Assembly: GCF_009914755.1 (NCBI RefSeq)
Contig: NC_060926.1
DNA from: the human T2T-CHM13v2.0 reference genome, Homo sapiens
Strand: one strand, 5' to 3'
Length of the DNA: 64,000 bases
Shown: in pieces, positions 43,001 to 56,810 of the stretch
How the letters are laid out: every line of letters starts with the position of its first letter
Position numbering within the stretch: the stretch's first letter is position 1
The notes under the pieces: generated by a model
Told to the model about the DNA's origin: nothing
The model's database searches: none
Seen by the model: the letters and a program-made list of their open reading frames with translations, nothing else
Program-made: the position numbers and the translations under genes

Positions 43001-44651
43001 TGTGATTTGCCACAAGGCAGGAAGGGGAAGGATAGTGCAACACCCCTAAGTGTGTGAAGTTCTAACCTTTTACCCATGTAATGATCTAGTTAATGTAATA
43101 TTTTGCCTTTAATCAATGAAAGAGTAAGATAATTTGATATCCTATAAAACTCCCTAACCTATATTTTGCAAGTCGATTAGCTAAGCTCTTCATGCTAATG
43201 TCAGCAGAGCCCATGTTACATCTCCAGTCAGGCTTTCAGGTGTCTGCACCCCACAATGCCACACACCGAGAGTGGAAAAAGAAAATTCAGCAGGGGGAGC
43301 AGTGTAGTGGGCAGTTACGTTTTCGTCATCTGTATGGAAATTGGGAAATCGTCTTCTCAAATGTAGATTATCTTCCCTTGGGATCCTTCTGGAGGGCTAT
43401 AAATAATAGAACATACTAATCAACATTAGATATTTAAAAATGAATACAGATTCAGATTAAGGGAAAACTAAATGATGCCTTTATAAAATCCAGAACAAAA
43501 CAAAACAAAAAAAGGCATGAAAAAGAAGGCTTAGCGGATCCCCCTTAAGTTAGCCCTATTCTCTGGCAACCACACCAGCCTTTAACGAGGGTGTTCAAAG
43601 TAACCATTTCCCACTCCCTTATTTATGAGCAGCAGAATGTCAAAAGCAAGAGGCTTAATTTTAATGCGGTAATTTTCTCATCAACCATTCTATCTAAGGA
43701 AGCTGCAGAAAGGTGAAAACTGGAAATTTATGAACCTTTAATGGGAAATCTGGATAAGAATTTGGTCTAAATATATGAAGAGGAACATGGACAGCTGGCA
43801 CAAACACAAAATGCAAGTACTCCAACTCCAGCTCCCTGATAACATCTGCCACTAAAGGTTTACTGACTTGGTTTTCCCAACTCTAGAATGGAGCCCTCAT
43901 CTAAACCTGGGGAAGCAATATATGAACAATTAGATATTAAATGCTTATAGATCCCTCTTTGTGCTATTACTTTTGACCTGGGTTTTAAAAACACAGTAAC
44001 ACTTACAATTTATTCTCATTATGTAGAAACATTTAAATTATCCTGGAAGAGTTTGTCTCACGGGCTGTTCAAAGAGTGTTTCTTCCTTTCCTTCTAGGAA
44101 CATGAGGAGTGAATCTGACTATTTCATCAAAGCCTGTAAAAGATACCTGAGTCATGATTTTAACTGAACAATGTCTCCAAGAATTCAGACTGTGAGAGGG
44201 GGAAGAAGACCGTCTCTTTGGTGCAGTGGGAATTGCCATTGTGTCCTCCCTGGTTCCTCTCCTCTGTCCTTGGCAATCCAGTTACAATTTGACAGCATTT
44301 AAAGATGACAGTACTTGAGATAATAGGACAATGCCATAACAGGATTACAGCAAATGTGAAAGAAAGGACACACGTAGGTACTGTCATTTAGGTAATGTCA
44401 TCTATGATCAGTTTTTGTTTCATTTTTTGCTGACACAGAACTCAGTGCTACTTATACAATTCACTGGAAACCCTGTTATGGCTGTAAATAGTTTGCTTCC
44501 CCCAATGAAAGAAAATACTTACTGTACTGCAGGGGAATTCGGTAAAACTTTCTAGTTTTGCTTAACATGAAAATAATAACAAAAAATTTCAAATCAGTAT
44601 CAATAGCCAAAGATCCAAAAACAGCCTAAAGCCACTGCTACCCAAAACGAT

Positions 44652-45047
<396 letters not shown>

Positions 45048-46399
45048 TAAAGGGTACCTTAGACCCCAATTAAACTGTTGCTTTAGAGTTTGGGGAAAAT
45101 AAAGTGGAAACACCTAACTAAATTCACACTGTGAGAGCCAGTCAACACTAGCCCACATGCCAATGGGGTCCTTGTCAGTCACTTACACTATTTCTCATTC
45201 CATTTCTTTTATGTCATTTTGCCCACAACATATCCAAATTCATACAATAGAGGCATTTGGAACCCAGTGCTACTCTGCTTCCTAACTAATTTCTGCCGCT
45301 GGAAGTTTGTTCCTAAAGCCACCAAGTCTCCTAGAAGCCCTTATTTCTTGGCAGTAAACACACGGCGGCCCTGCGTGCCATTAAAATAGCTGCCTCATCA
45401 TCCAGGATGACAAACAGCCACACTGTGTGCCAAGTGACCAGCCACAAACAAAAGCTTGTTTGACCAGCACCTATCTCAAAAGAAAATTCTGAGTAGAAGA
45501 GGAAGCACCTGAAGGAAGCTGAAAAGAAAGTCTGACATTTGAAATTCTAACAGAGGTTCTTTCCCCTCTAGGACACTCTGGGTCACTAGCATCTCTGCTT
45601 TCCTTGTTCCCTGGCTCATCTCCTGAGCCCCCGGGCCGTTCTCCTTTCCAACTGTCTATTTACTAACCACTTTTATCAGCCCCCCTCTCACCCCATCCAA
45701 AAATGTTTACTCAAGTTCAGGCTAGCTTAATAACCCCCAAAGCAGGAGGACACTATTAAAGAGAGATCACAGGGATATGAATTTTGATGCCTGCCTTATT
45801 TTGTCACATATCATCAAAATGATAAATGCTATCATGAAACACCATCCATGCCCTGAGTATCCCAACATGGATGGACTGGAGGAGAGGGACAAGGGACCAA
45901 TACAGACCCTGATGGGCCCTTGATTCTGAACGTCATTCCTGCCCACTCCCCATCTGCAATGGGGGCAAAGGCAAAAGGAAAGCTTTCCAAGATTTAAACA
46001 GTCCTCTATATTAGTAACAGACCCATGTGCTAGGCTCCTACAATATCTGGTTCCATTCTGCTAGTGAAAGGAAACCCTACGGTCAACCAACTCCATCCTC
46101 TAGAACATATAAGTCAACAGGGGAGAACTCGGCATGAAGGGTATAACAGAGAATTTCAACAACTCATCCACCCCCTTTGCAGAGTCCTCACTTAACATCC
46201 CCTAGCATGCTGCCTTTGTCTTCTGATCAGAGTATTTCAGCAGCCCTCTGTGATCTATAGGATATGGTCCAACTCCTTAAGCCATCATTCCAGAGCTCCA
46301 CAATCCAACTCCAATTTTCTATTCCAGTCTTAGTTCCCCGTACCCATCAAGGAAAATATTCTGCCCAAGTAAAAATCCCTTCCGTTCTCATTTCCTTCC

Positions 46400-46740
46400 T
46401 GGCTTTTCTTCTTCTTCTCTTACCTCCTGGAATCCTGCTCATACTTCAAGGCCTCAATGAAGGTCTACCTAGTCACCTTAGCAAGAAGAATCAATCTCAT
46501 CCTTCTCCAACCTCATAGAACACTCATCCCATGCACCACTCCCTGACTCATATCTAGGCCTTACATTGCTGGTTAACCCTCTATGCCTCTAATTAATTTC
46601 ATGTGTTCCCAATGAGTTTCTTCAATACAGGGACTCTTTCTCCTACTTGCTTCTATTATATTTGAAAGTACCAGCACAGCATGTGACATGATATTCATAT
46701 ATTCTAGGAATTCAACAAATAGCATATAAATGACTGATTT
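46400..46740 (+). mobile_element. Degenerate L2 fragment next to the +62 core
   Basis: atcctgctcatacttcaaggcctc...tgagtttcttcaatacagggact...ccagcacagcatgtgacat...ttcaacaaat. Confidence 0.55.
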
Positions 46741-46779
46741 ACCTTCCTAAAAGGGAAGTTATTTTTCCAAATATCATTT

Positions 46780-47000
46780 CTGTTCAAAATGGTAATTTTA
46801 ACCTTCTTAGCACCCACAAACAGTTCCCTTCTGATATCTACTTGAACTTTCAGATAAAAAAAAAAAAGCAAGTTGCAGTAACATGTTATGCTACACAAAG
46901 ATTAGCATGAATATCCACCCTCTTTAAACAGCCACCCCACACCCTGGAGAAGAGCAAATGTGAAGTTTATGTGCCAACCAGACTGTGCGCCAGGTTGGTA
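46780..47000. promoter_or_regulatory. Erythroid enhancer DHS +62 core
   Basis: CAG-N9-GATA at 46821-46836 (rs1427407 context, G at 46823), TG-N7-AGATAA at 46843-46857, KLF1 CCACACCCT at 46937-46945; spacing to +58 and +55 fits. Confidence 0.85.
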
Positions 47001-47305
47001 AAGTCTGACAGAGTTACCAAAAAATGACAACATCTTCTATATGTGAAGCCCAACTACGTGGTTGTGCAACTCTATAGCTGACTTTCAACCATGGTCATCT
47101 GCAAAGAAGTTAGTCTCAGCCACCTGCGCATCCTCAATGCAAAAAGCTAAGTTCTAAAAACGTATTCTTAATGCTGTTTTAAATGCAGCACTACTAAAAA
47201 GGACCTCATTTTGATGCCAGAGGGCAGCAAACATGGACACTTTTGGCCCCCTTCAGCTATTAAGTACAGTAAAAGGAAGTCCTAACTATCATTTGAAATG
47301 CTCCC

Positions 47306-47625
<320 letters not shown>

Positions 47626-48009
47626 ATTCTCCCCTCAGTTCTCCAGGCTGGGCTGACTGCCCACGTCAAAACACCCTAGGCATCATCACTCCGTGTTGAG
47701 AGCCAAGTGGCCAGGTAGGACCCAACACTACGCAGGCACAGACGTTTTCCATGTTAAGAACCCAAATCCATACAGTCCTTAGCACCCAAATAGGTTCAGA
47801 AAAGGCAGTCCACACAAATCTGCCAAATAAATGAAGTTCAGATATTGCATTTATGCTAAATACCTTGGAAATTGAGAGGGAATCTGGAGAGGAAGATGGA
47901 TGTAGGAAAAACAAAAACCCTCACTTTACAGGAATTCAGCACAGGAGATGCTACATTGTTAGCATCTCCGCTTAAGGAGAAGACATACTGATGAATAAGA
48001 CTGAGTTGG

Positions 48010-48307
48010 TGACAGGCACAGTGGCTCTCGCCTGTAATCCCAGCACTTTGGGAGGTCAAGGCAGGAGGATCACTGGAGCCCAGGAGTTCAAGACCAGCCT
48101 GGGCAACAGGGAGAAACTCCATCTCTACAAAATTAGCCAGGCATGGTGGCATGCACCTGTCGTCCCAGCTACTCAGGAGGCTGAGGTGACAGGATGGCTT
48201 GAGCCTAGGAGATCAAGGCTGCAGTGAGCTATGAACATGCCACTACACTCTAGCCTAGGCAACACAGCGAGACCCTGTCTCAAAAACAAACAAACAAACA
48301 AACAAAA
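48010..48307 (+). mobile_element. Alu (AluJ-like) with an (AAAC)n tail
   Basis: GGATCACTGGAGCCCAGGAGTTCAAGACCAGCCTGGGCAAC and GAGCCTAGGAGATCAAGGCTGCAGTGAGCTATG are J-type features. Confidence 0.9.
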
Positions 48308-48525
48308 GACAACTAATTGGGCTAATGTTTAGAATAAATGTATTTCTAGGGAAGAAAAAAACTTAGTTGGGTACTCCCTCCCCTTTTTACTTTTTGAAGC
48401 CTGCTGGAATTCTAGGAAAACAGATTTCCTCCCCTTGCTCTCTCCTTCCTCACATACTCACCAGTACTCATGCGCTTCTCAGACCCAAATGCTCTGCTTA
48501 TGGTGGATAACCCCATCTCAGTGGG

Positions 48526-48530
<5 letters not shown>

Positions 48531-48558
<28 letters not shown>
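48531..48558. repeat. (CT)14 microsatellite
   Basis: Read directly; smaller STRs also at 9831-9861 (GA), 12432-12460 (AAAAC), 26760-26790 (GTTTTT) and 52690-52710 (CT). Confidence 0.9.
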
Positions 48559-48561
<3 letters not shown>

Positions 48562-48729
48562 ATTACCAACTTCTATAAAATCTCAGAATACAAAGGGCAT
48601 TCTCATTTCCCTGAAATGTACTTTGGTGCTACCCTGAAAGACGGCTAGAGTCTTGAGGAGACCCAAACAGTTAAAGGTTACAGACAGACTTGGTTCCACT
48701 CCAGTGGTGGGTGTTTTGTTTTGTTTCGC

Positions 48730-49250
48730 TTTAGCTTTATTAAGGTATAATTTACATACAACAAAAGTCATTCATTTTAAGTGTACAGTTGGATTCAATT
48801 TGCCAGTTGTATACAGCTGTGTGGCCTCCACCAAAATCAAGATACAGAACACGTCCACCAGTCTAGAAAGCCCCCTCATGCCCCTTTGCTGTCAATCCCC
48901 TTCCCTAACCCTCTGACCCCTTCCTTCTAACCACTGAACCCCCACCTACCACCACAGTGTTGAGAATTCTAGAATTTGTTACAAATGGACTCATACAGGA
49001 TATCGTCTTTTGTGTTTAATTTCTTTCACAGAGCAGAATGATTCTGGGATTCATCCATGGTGTGGAGTGTGTTACTCTTTCATTCTTCTACTGTTGAGTG
49101 TATTCCACCATAGGGCGTTTATCCATTCAACCTATTGGTTGCCATGTGGGTTGTGACCACTTTTTGACCACTATGAACAGTGCTACAATGGACACTGTGT
49201 AGATGTGTTTATAGGAATGTATGTCTACATTTCTCTTAGGTAAACATCTA
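48730..49250 (-). mobile_element. Old L1M 3'-end fragment
   Basis: agctttattaaggtataatttacatac...ttttaagtgtacagtt...gattcatccatg...ttatccattca is typical of reverse L1M ends. Confidence 0.75.
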
Positions 49251-51099
49251 AGGCATTTCGAGAACACAGAAAAGGTTTTGAGTTTGAGTCCAGGGAGCCC
49301 TCATTTTGTCATCCTCCAGGCTGCCCCCCTCCCACCCCATTCCCTGGAGAGTTCAACTCCAAACCCTGTATCCCAGCTATCTGTTTGGCTCAGCTACCAA
49401 ATGTCATCCTATTCCGAATAGAAACCTCTCCACTACACTAAGGAAATGATGGGAAGAGACCCCAAAACATTCTTAAAATGGGCATTCATTTGAATCAGGC
49501 CAAATAAATTGGACTCTGGGTCAGAGATAACTTAAATGTGGTGTTCGGAGTCCTAAGAGCCCCCACTAGCTCAGAAATGGACTTAGTTGACCTCCCCCAT
49601 TAGCAGCATGGAGAGTCAAGGAGATGACTTCTACCTTGCCAAAGGCCTTGGGAAGAAAGACAGCATCAAGGTCTCACACAACACTCCAGGGAGGCAGCTG
49701 CTGCCCAGTGCTGTGGACAGCAAAGCTTCGGTGCAGGAAATTAAGATTCCCCCTGCCTCCCCCTCCCCCATCCTCATCAGCTTGGCCATGGCAGGGCTGG
49801 GGGATCAGAGGTGAACAGGAAGCAGAAGGACCCCTGGGGGAGACAGGGCCTCCAGTGGGACCAGAGCTGAGTGGCCTCAGGCAGTGGCGGAAGCTGATTA
49901 AAGGAAGGTACGGGGAGTGGAGGGGAAGTGGACAAAAGACAGGACAGCCATCTTAGACAACAATGCAAGGGGGAGAAACTGAAGAAAACAGAACAGAGAC
50001 CACTACTGGCAATAAACAGAGAGAAAGTGAAGCCCCATGGGTGAGGCACACCTACATTACTTAAGAAACCTGAGCACATTCTTACGCCTGGGGCAATAAA
50101 TACATCCTTGAGCTACACAGGCTAAACAAGAGTGAGAGAGGGTGATGCTGACAGGCCACATGGGAGAGTGGGAAGACGTGGGCTGGGAGCTGGGAGTTTG
50201 GCTTCTCATCTGTGCATGGCCTCTAAACTGGGCAGTGACCATGGCCTGGTCACCTCCCCACTCTGGACCTGGGTTGCCCCTCTGTAAACAAGGAGGTTGT
50301 AATAAATTATCTCCAATACCCTAATGTCTTATAAATCTTATGCAATTTTTGCCAAGATGGGAGTATGGGGAGAGAAGAGTGGAAACGGCCCAGAGCTCAG
50401 TGAGATGAGATATCAAAGGGGACGAAAAGTGTTCATTCCATCTCCCTAATCTCCAATTGGCAAAGCCAGACTTGGGGCAATACAGACTGGTTCTGTGATG
50501 ACAAATAACTCCTAGCTCATTCCTAATGATTTATCACCAAATGTTCTTTCTTCAGCTGGAATTTAAAATATGGACTCATCCGTAAAATAGGAATAATAAT
50601 AGTATATGCTTCATAGGGTTTGTATGAAAATAAAATGAGTGCGTATTTGTAAAGTTCCTAGAGCAGAGTAAGTGCTCCGAGCTTGTGAACTAAAATGCTG
50701 CCTCCTGGTATTTATTAGTTACACCTCAGCAGAAACAAAGTTATCAGGCCCTTTCCCCAATTCCTAGTTTGGGTCAGAAGAAAAGGGAAAAGGGAGAGGA
50801 AAAAGGAAAAGAATATGACGTCAGGGGGAGGCAAGTCAGTTGGGAACACAGATCCTAACACAGTAGCTGGTACCTGATAGGTGCCTATATGTGATGGATG
50901 GGTGGACAGCCCGACAGATGAAAAATGGACAATTATGAGGAGGGGAGAGTGCAGACAGGGGAAGCTTCACCTCCTTTACAATTTTGGGAGTCCACACGGC
51001 ATGGCATACAAATTATTTCATTCCCATTGAGAAATAAAATCCAATTCTCCATCACCAAGAGAGCCTTCCGAAAGAGGCCCCCCTGGGCAAACGGCCACC

Positions 51100-51450
51100 G
51101 ATGGAGAGGTCTGCCAGTCCTCTTCTACCCCACCCACGCCCCCACCCTAATCAGAGGCCAAACCCTTCCTGGAGCCTGTGATAAAAGCAACTGTTAGCTT
51201 GCACTAGACTAGCTTCAAAGTTGTATTGACCCTGGTGTGTTATGTCTAAGAGTAGATGCCATATCTCTTTTCTGGCCTATGTTATTACCTGTATGGACTT
51301 TGCACTGGAATCAGCTATCTGCTCTTACTTATGCACACCTGGGGCATAGAGCCAGCCCTGTATCGCTTTTCAGCCATCTCACTACAGATAACTCCCAAGT
51401 CCTGTCTAGCTGCCTTCCTTATCACAGGAATAGCACCCAAGGTCCATCAG
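51100..51450. promoter_or_regulatory. Erythroid enhancer DHS +58 core
   Basis: CACCC/GC-box cluster 51128-51147; half-E-box CTG (51169-51171) plus TGATAA (51179-51184); further GATA sites at 51386-51391 and 51419-51424. Confidence 0.95.
51175..51197 (-). other. Therapeutic SpCas9 target (sgRNA-1617/exa-cel): CTAACAGTTGCTTTTATCAC + AGG PAM
   Basis: Plus strand cct-gtgataaaagcaactgttag is an exact match to the recalled spacer; site is unedited. Confidence 0.93.
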
Positions 51451-53999
51451 TACCTCAGAGTAGAACCCCCTATAAACTAGTCTGGTTTGCCCATGGGGCA
51501 CAGTCAGGCTGTTTTCCAGGGTGGGGTGCAGACATTCTCTGCCTGTTGTGATGCTTACATATAACGTCATAACAGACACACGTATGTGTTGTGATCCCTG
51601 TGGTTTGAGAGTTTGGAGCTTCCCTAAAAGTCAAAATATTCTCAATGGGCCCTCAATCAGCACATACACACAAAAGGTACCTGGAAAACTGTAATTCTTT
51701 TCCTGCTCAAAGACAGGCAATTCAATACCCCTTCCCCCAACCAAAAACCCTTGCCACCATGGGAGCCTGGGGCAGAGAAGGCACAGTGAAGTCAAACTGT
51801 AATTCCAGGCTCTAAATGGTGCTGTCATTTTTCTGAGAGTCTCTAAATTACAAGGGTGTTTTCACTATTCTTAGCATATTTTTTAAAACACCTAAGAAAC
51901 ATACTGCAGCTCTGGAAAAGAGAACAAACAAACCAAAGAGAAGGGATCCAGAGGTCACCCTCATATGTGAAAAGTCAATTGATAATGAAGGCTTTAGGAT
52001 AACCGGAGGGGAGATGATTGAAAGCAATGCACCTGTGCAGGAAATGGATTACGGAAACAGGGAATTGTTCATGAAATCCCAGAAAACCAGAACCGGGAAA
52101 GTTCTGGAAGTCGGAAAAACAAATCATGACTTAAGCAATGGAAGTCCAATACACGTTTACAGAATGCCTTGTCCCACGAGGCAACACAGGCTACCACAGA
52201 TGGGGGACAGGGTGGGAGTGGACCATCCCAGTGGTGTTACTGAGGGGCAAAGGGATAGCCCTATGAGGCAAGTGTCCAGGGCAGAACTGGAGCTTTGTGA
52301 AACCATTTCCCAGGCAGAGACAGAGCACTAGGCTGGTGCTGCCAGTCTGACAATAAGTCTGCCATTGTCCTCTGGTCAGCTCTGGACACACAGCAAAAGT
52401 GAGTTCAGAGTAGCCTGAAGCAGGAAAGAGGGAAGAGAGGAGGATAACACCCATCTTCCACTTTGCTGCAGGTTCAAGGCAAGGATTTGAGACAGTTACC
52501 CCTTCTGGAAGAGCCTGGTGAGTACATCTCTCCTGCCTTGTACAACCCTCTCTCCTCACCGACTTTCTCTCCCAGCAGCCAGCAGGGGCCTGGGCCATTT
52601 ATGGAATGCAAGCCCTGACCACACAGACTTACTTACATGCCAGGACAGCCACCAGGTAGCCTTTCCCACTCTAGGTTCCACTGTAAGTGCTCTCTCTCTC
52701 TCTCTCTCTCACTATGCTCCCAAGAGGAGTCTTACATCAACCCCTTCCTCAAATCTCCCTCACTGGATGTCACAGTCATAGGCCTGAAAAGCAGCATGCA
52801 AACTGAATTTTTGTAAAGCAGGACCCATTTCCCCATGGACAGTCATAAGAGATGAGTGAACACAACTTAGCACTTAATTTCTGTCTTCACGATTACTTCA
52901 CGATAAATCTGGATTCCAAAGGGACTATAAGCTCTCACATGGAAGGAAGCAAGATCTCTACTCCTCCCCCAGTGTTGAGTGGACAGGGAGTACACCGCAG
53001 ACACCTGTTGGCCAACCAATTCTAATTCCCTTTAGCTAGCATCCCCTAAGCTAGAGCTAGAGCTAGAGCTATTTCCTTGCAGCCTTCCTTTTCTCTAGCA
53101 AAGTCCTTCCATGCAGTAGCTAATGACCTGTAAACACTTAATGAGCTAGAGAAACATTCCATTGAAAGGAATACCACTGTGCATCCTTTTGTAAAGAGGG
53201 GGGAAAATCTTTTGTAAAACGAAGCATCGCCTTTAACTGCTCTGTTTGATCAAGTCAGATTTTTCAGAATATGAATAGCTAGTATTCAAGCATATATGAA
53301 CTGTCTTTAAGTTAATCAATCCCTAGAAACTAGCCCTCAGGTTAGCAGGCCAAGGATATATGAGAGTGCTTTGAAGTCTAGACTTAAACTGCCGCTCCTG
53401 AATTGAATTAGAACATTCCAGGTAGACAGATTCATGGCCCCTAACATCAGGAATCAGCTAGAAACTCAATCGGCTCTTACCAGTCACTACCTACGTCAGT
53501 GCCATATCCTATAATGGTGATGATAATGACCATTATGATGATGATAATAATAATAGCTTCCACTGGATGGCACTTTGCACCTTCCAGAGCAATTTAACAT
53601 CCTTTACTTTTTTTGGAAGGCCTTCAGGTCCAGCCTCCTACTCTTCTCTTTCTCTGAACTATCACCTTACTATAGGCACATATTTCCCCCAAAGGACTCA
53701 GTGGCCTCTTTTGTCTCATTTCTCCCTTTGCTGATGATCCAGTAGAGAAATGATCAAAAGGATCCTGCACATTGTCCTAAATGAAACCAAGCTTCCTCTG
53801 CAGGATGGAAGTGAGCCAGGTGATAGAAGGGGGAGCCTGGACCCACCGCTTCATTGGCCGAGGATGACCCCATAAAGGTCAGGGTGTTGCAGAGATTGCT
53901 ATGCACAAAATCCAAGAGGCCCATGGAGGTGGGGAGATGAGGGACCCACCTGGCAGACCCTCAAGAGCAGGGGTCTTCTCTTTGGGGGAGGACATCACT

Positions 54000-54430
54000 C
54001 TTAGCAGGGCTGGGGTGAGTCAAAAGTCTGGGAGAATGGAGGTGTGGAGGGGATAACTGGGTCAGACCCCAAGCAGGAAGGGCCTCTATGTAGACGGGTG
54101 TGTGGCTCCTTAAGGTGACCCAGCAGCCCTGGGCACAGAAGTGGTGCGTGGAGATAATGCCAACAGTGATAACCAGCAGGGCCTGTCAGAAGAGGCCCTG
54201 GACACTGAAGGCTGGGCACAGCCTTGGCGACCGCTCACAGGACATGCAGCAGTGTGTGCCGACAACTCCCTACCGCGACCCCTATCAGTGCCGACCAAGC
54301 ACACAAGATGCACACCCAGGCTGGGCTGGACAGAGGGGTCCCACAAGATCACAGGGTGTGCCCTGAGAAGGTGGGGAGCTCACAGCCTCCAAGCATTGCA
54401 TCATCCTGGTACCAGGAAGGCAATGGGCTG
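54000..54430. promoter_or_regulatory. Erythroid enhancer DHS +55 core
   Basis: AP-1 TGAGTCA 54016-54022; tandem TG-N8-AGATAA (54142-54157) and TG-N7-TGATAA (54158-54172); GGGTGTG KLF boxes; C/EBP-ATF4 element ATTGCATCAT 54395-54404. Confidence 0.88.
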
Positions 54431-55359
54431 CCCCATACCCACTTCCCTTCCTAGAATTGGCCTGGGACATTCATTATTTAGCCACCTCTGGCACCTGCAT
54501 TTGTTTTTCAAATTTTAATAGCAAATAGGCTTAGTGTGCTGGGCAGAGCTGAGCAGAGGTGATCTGACCCCTCTACCTACTCACATAAGATCAGTAAAGA
54601 GAAGGAAGCAGGCAGATGAGGTGACAAGGGGAGAAACCAGTGAGGTCATCTATAGGTCCAAGTTCGTACAGACCCAGCCAGACTGCCAGTTCTCTGAGGA
54701 GCTAGAGACTTGTGGCTTAAGGAAGCCTCTCTGATGGATGTACTAATATGTATGTACCTTATACATACATTTGAATTACCTGTAAATCTTGATCAAACTC
54801 AGATGACTGTCCAACTCATCCAGAAACTACGTTTGTCTAATAGAACAGGAAGCAGGTGGTGGTGGTGGGTGGTGGGGGGGCATTGATGAGAGGCAGGGCC
54901 AGTGTTTCTTCTTCATTTTCCATTCCACTGATTCTGTCCCCACACAGGCATCCAAAGGGAAGAATGCTACAGCTACAGTCCATTTCTCGCTGGCTTTTCT
55001 GGGAGATCACCCTACAATGTGTTCCCCAGTATTCAGGTTTCTGGGCTGCCATTATCTTCTCTGGTCTCGGGGCCCAAGCCAAAGAGCTGGAGAACAGTAT
55101 CTGGTCACAGAACCTAAGGCCTGGTAGAGCAAGACAGCCATGTGCAAGGCGAGTGGATAGCGCCCTTCCGTCACTCCCACAGAGCTGCAGGGGTGTGACG
55201 CCCTTGCCCAGCCATACCCTTCTGGGCCACAGTGCTGGAGGCTGAAGTCAAAGCCCATCGTGCCTTATTCCTTCAGGAGCAATACTCCTGGGAAAGGTTG
55301 CACATTCTGTAACTCCTCTAAGTGATATTTCTTCCCAGGGGCAAAAAAGGAAATTAGCC

Positions 55360-55470
55360 CCATTTTATAGATAAAGAGCCTGAGGCCCAATAGGCTGATT
55401 GACTTGTCCGGGGCCACCTAGCCAGCAGGTGAAAAGACTCATGTGTAGCTGACTTTAGAGTCCAAGCTCC
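55360..55470 (-). mobile_element. MIR fragment
   Basis: cccattttatagataaagagcctgaggccca..tgacttgtcc. Confidence 0.65.
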
Positions 55471-56679
55471 TTCAACGTCCCACTTTCTCAAGACAGTGTT
55501 TGCCACGGGCCAGGGCTAGCAAAAAGACCCCTCCAACCCCTCATACCTCCCCACCAACCCCATGCAGGTGTCAGTGAGGCCCAGGAACATGAAGCTCCCC
55601 GGACCAAAGGGGTGGACAGCACTGAAGGAAACCGCTCAACCTTGAGTGGAGAGGCTGCTGTGAAACAGCTCTGGGCAGCACCTGGGCCACAGCATGTGGA
55701 AGGAGACATGTTCCTAAGCTGCCTGGTACTCTGCCATCTGTCTTCTCTTCCTCCTAATCCATAAGCACCAGACCTCAAGCCCCATGTGCAGCTCCGGAAG
55801 CTGCTAGACCTCAAGCAGGACTAAGATTCGGAGAGAGCAGCCACCGACCTGGCTCCTCCCAGGCAGGCCAGCCCAGGTGAGCCCCTCCAGCCAGGCACTC
55901 ACCCCACTGCCAGGCTGTTTACTCTTAGCTGGTGTTTGTCTCCTGTCTGCTCTACTGTAGCTCCCTCCCTCCTCTCCTCCTTTCGGTCCTCTGCCCAGGC
56001 CTGCCTGAGGCTGCCTGCCAGTGAGATTGCATGTCAGGGCTTTGCCCTGGGCACTGAGGGCTAGGGTGCCCAGAGGCCTGCGGCTGTGCCCTGGATGGAA
56101 AACCAGCAGCCTGCAAAGCTGTGGGGGCAGCACAGGACCTGTGTGTGAGAGCGGTGGTCTTGAGAGTGAAAGTGGACAAGTCAAGCCCAGGCGGGGAGGG
56201 GACAGGGGGCAGGTAGGGATAGGGCAGGTGAGGTTCCCGGGGCCAGTTCCCCCATTATGCACTGCCTCTGCTTCCCCGCCACCATTAACCGTGCCTCTGT
56301 GGGCTGACAGATGTGCCTTCAGAGAAGGGCAGGGAGCAGCTGGGGGCCTGGCCAGAGCAATCATCCCAGCAGGAACTTACATCAGAGCAGGCAGCCTACC
56401 CAAGAGCCAGGGAAGGAAGGAGAGCCCCTGAGAAAAAATGGCAGAAGAATGGAAGGGACTACGTGTATTGATGGAATAAACCAGACACCCCACACTTCCC
56501 AACTCCTCAGGACAGGGTTCAGAGCTAGGCTGGTGGCTGCTACACAGAGACAGCACCCTCCACCAGTTAAGGTATAAGACAAGGTATAAGGCTGATGGGC
56601 TGTAGGCATCAAACCTGGAACTCACAGTCGGGGCACCTCACTTCAAGCCTTGGTGGATAGGTAAGATGAACACTCAGGC

Positions 56680-56810
56680 TCCCAAGTTAGACAGATGAGC
56701 TGGATCCTTCATCTACCACCAATTTCCTGGCTGTGTGTCTGGGAGCAGCTCTTTAACCTCTCCAAGCCTCAGTTTCTTCACTGGTAAAATGTGTATGATG
56801 ACATTGTATG
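56680..56810 (+). mobile_element. MIR fragment
   Basis: tttaacctctccaagcctcagtttcttcactggtaaaatg. Confidence 0.7.

Noticed and set aside
55804-56431. 186-aa and 136-aa ORFs in GC-rich intron 2
   Set aside because: Low-complexity Pro/Gly/Leu composition, no recognisable homology, consistent with chance.
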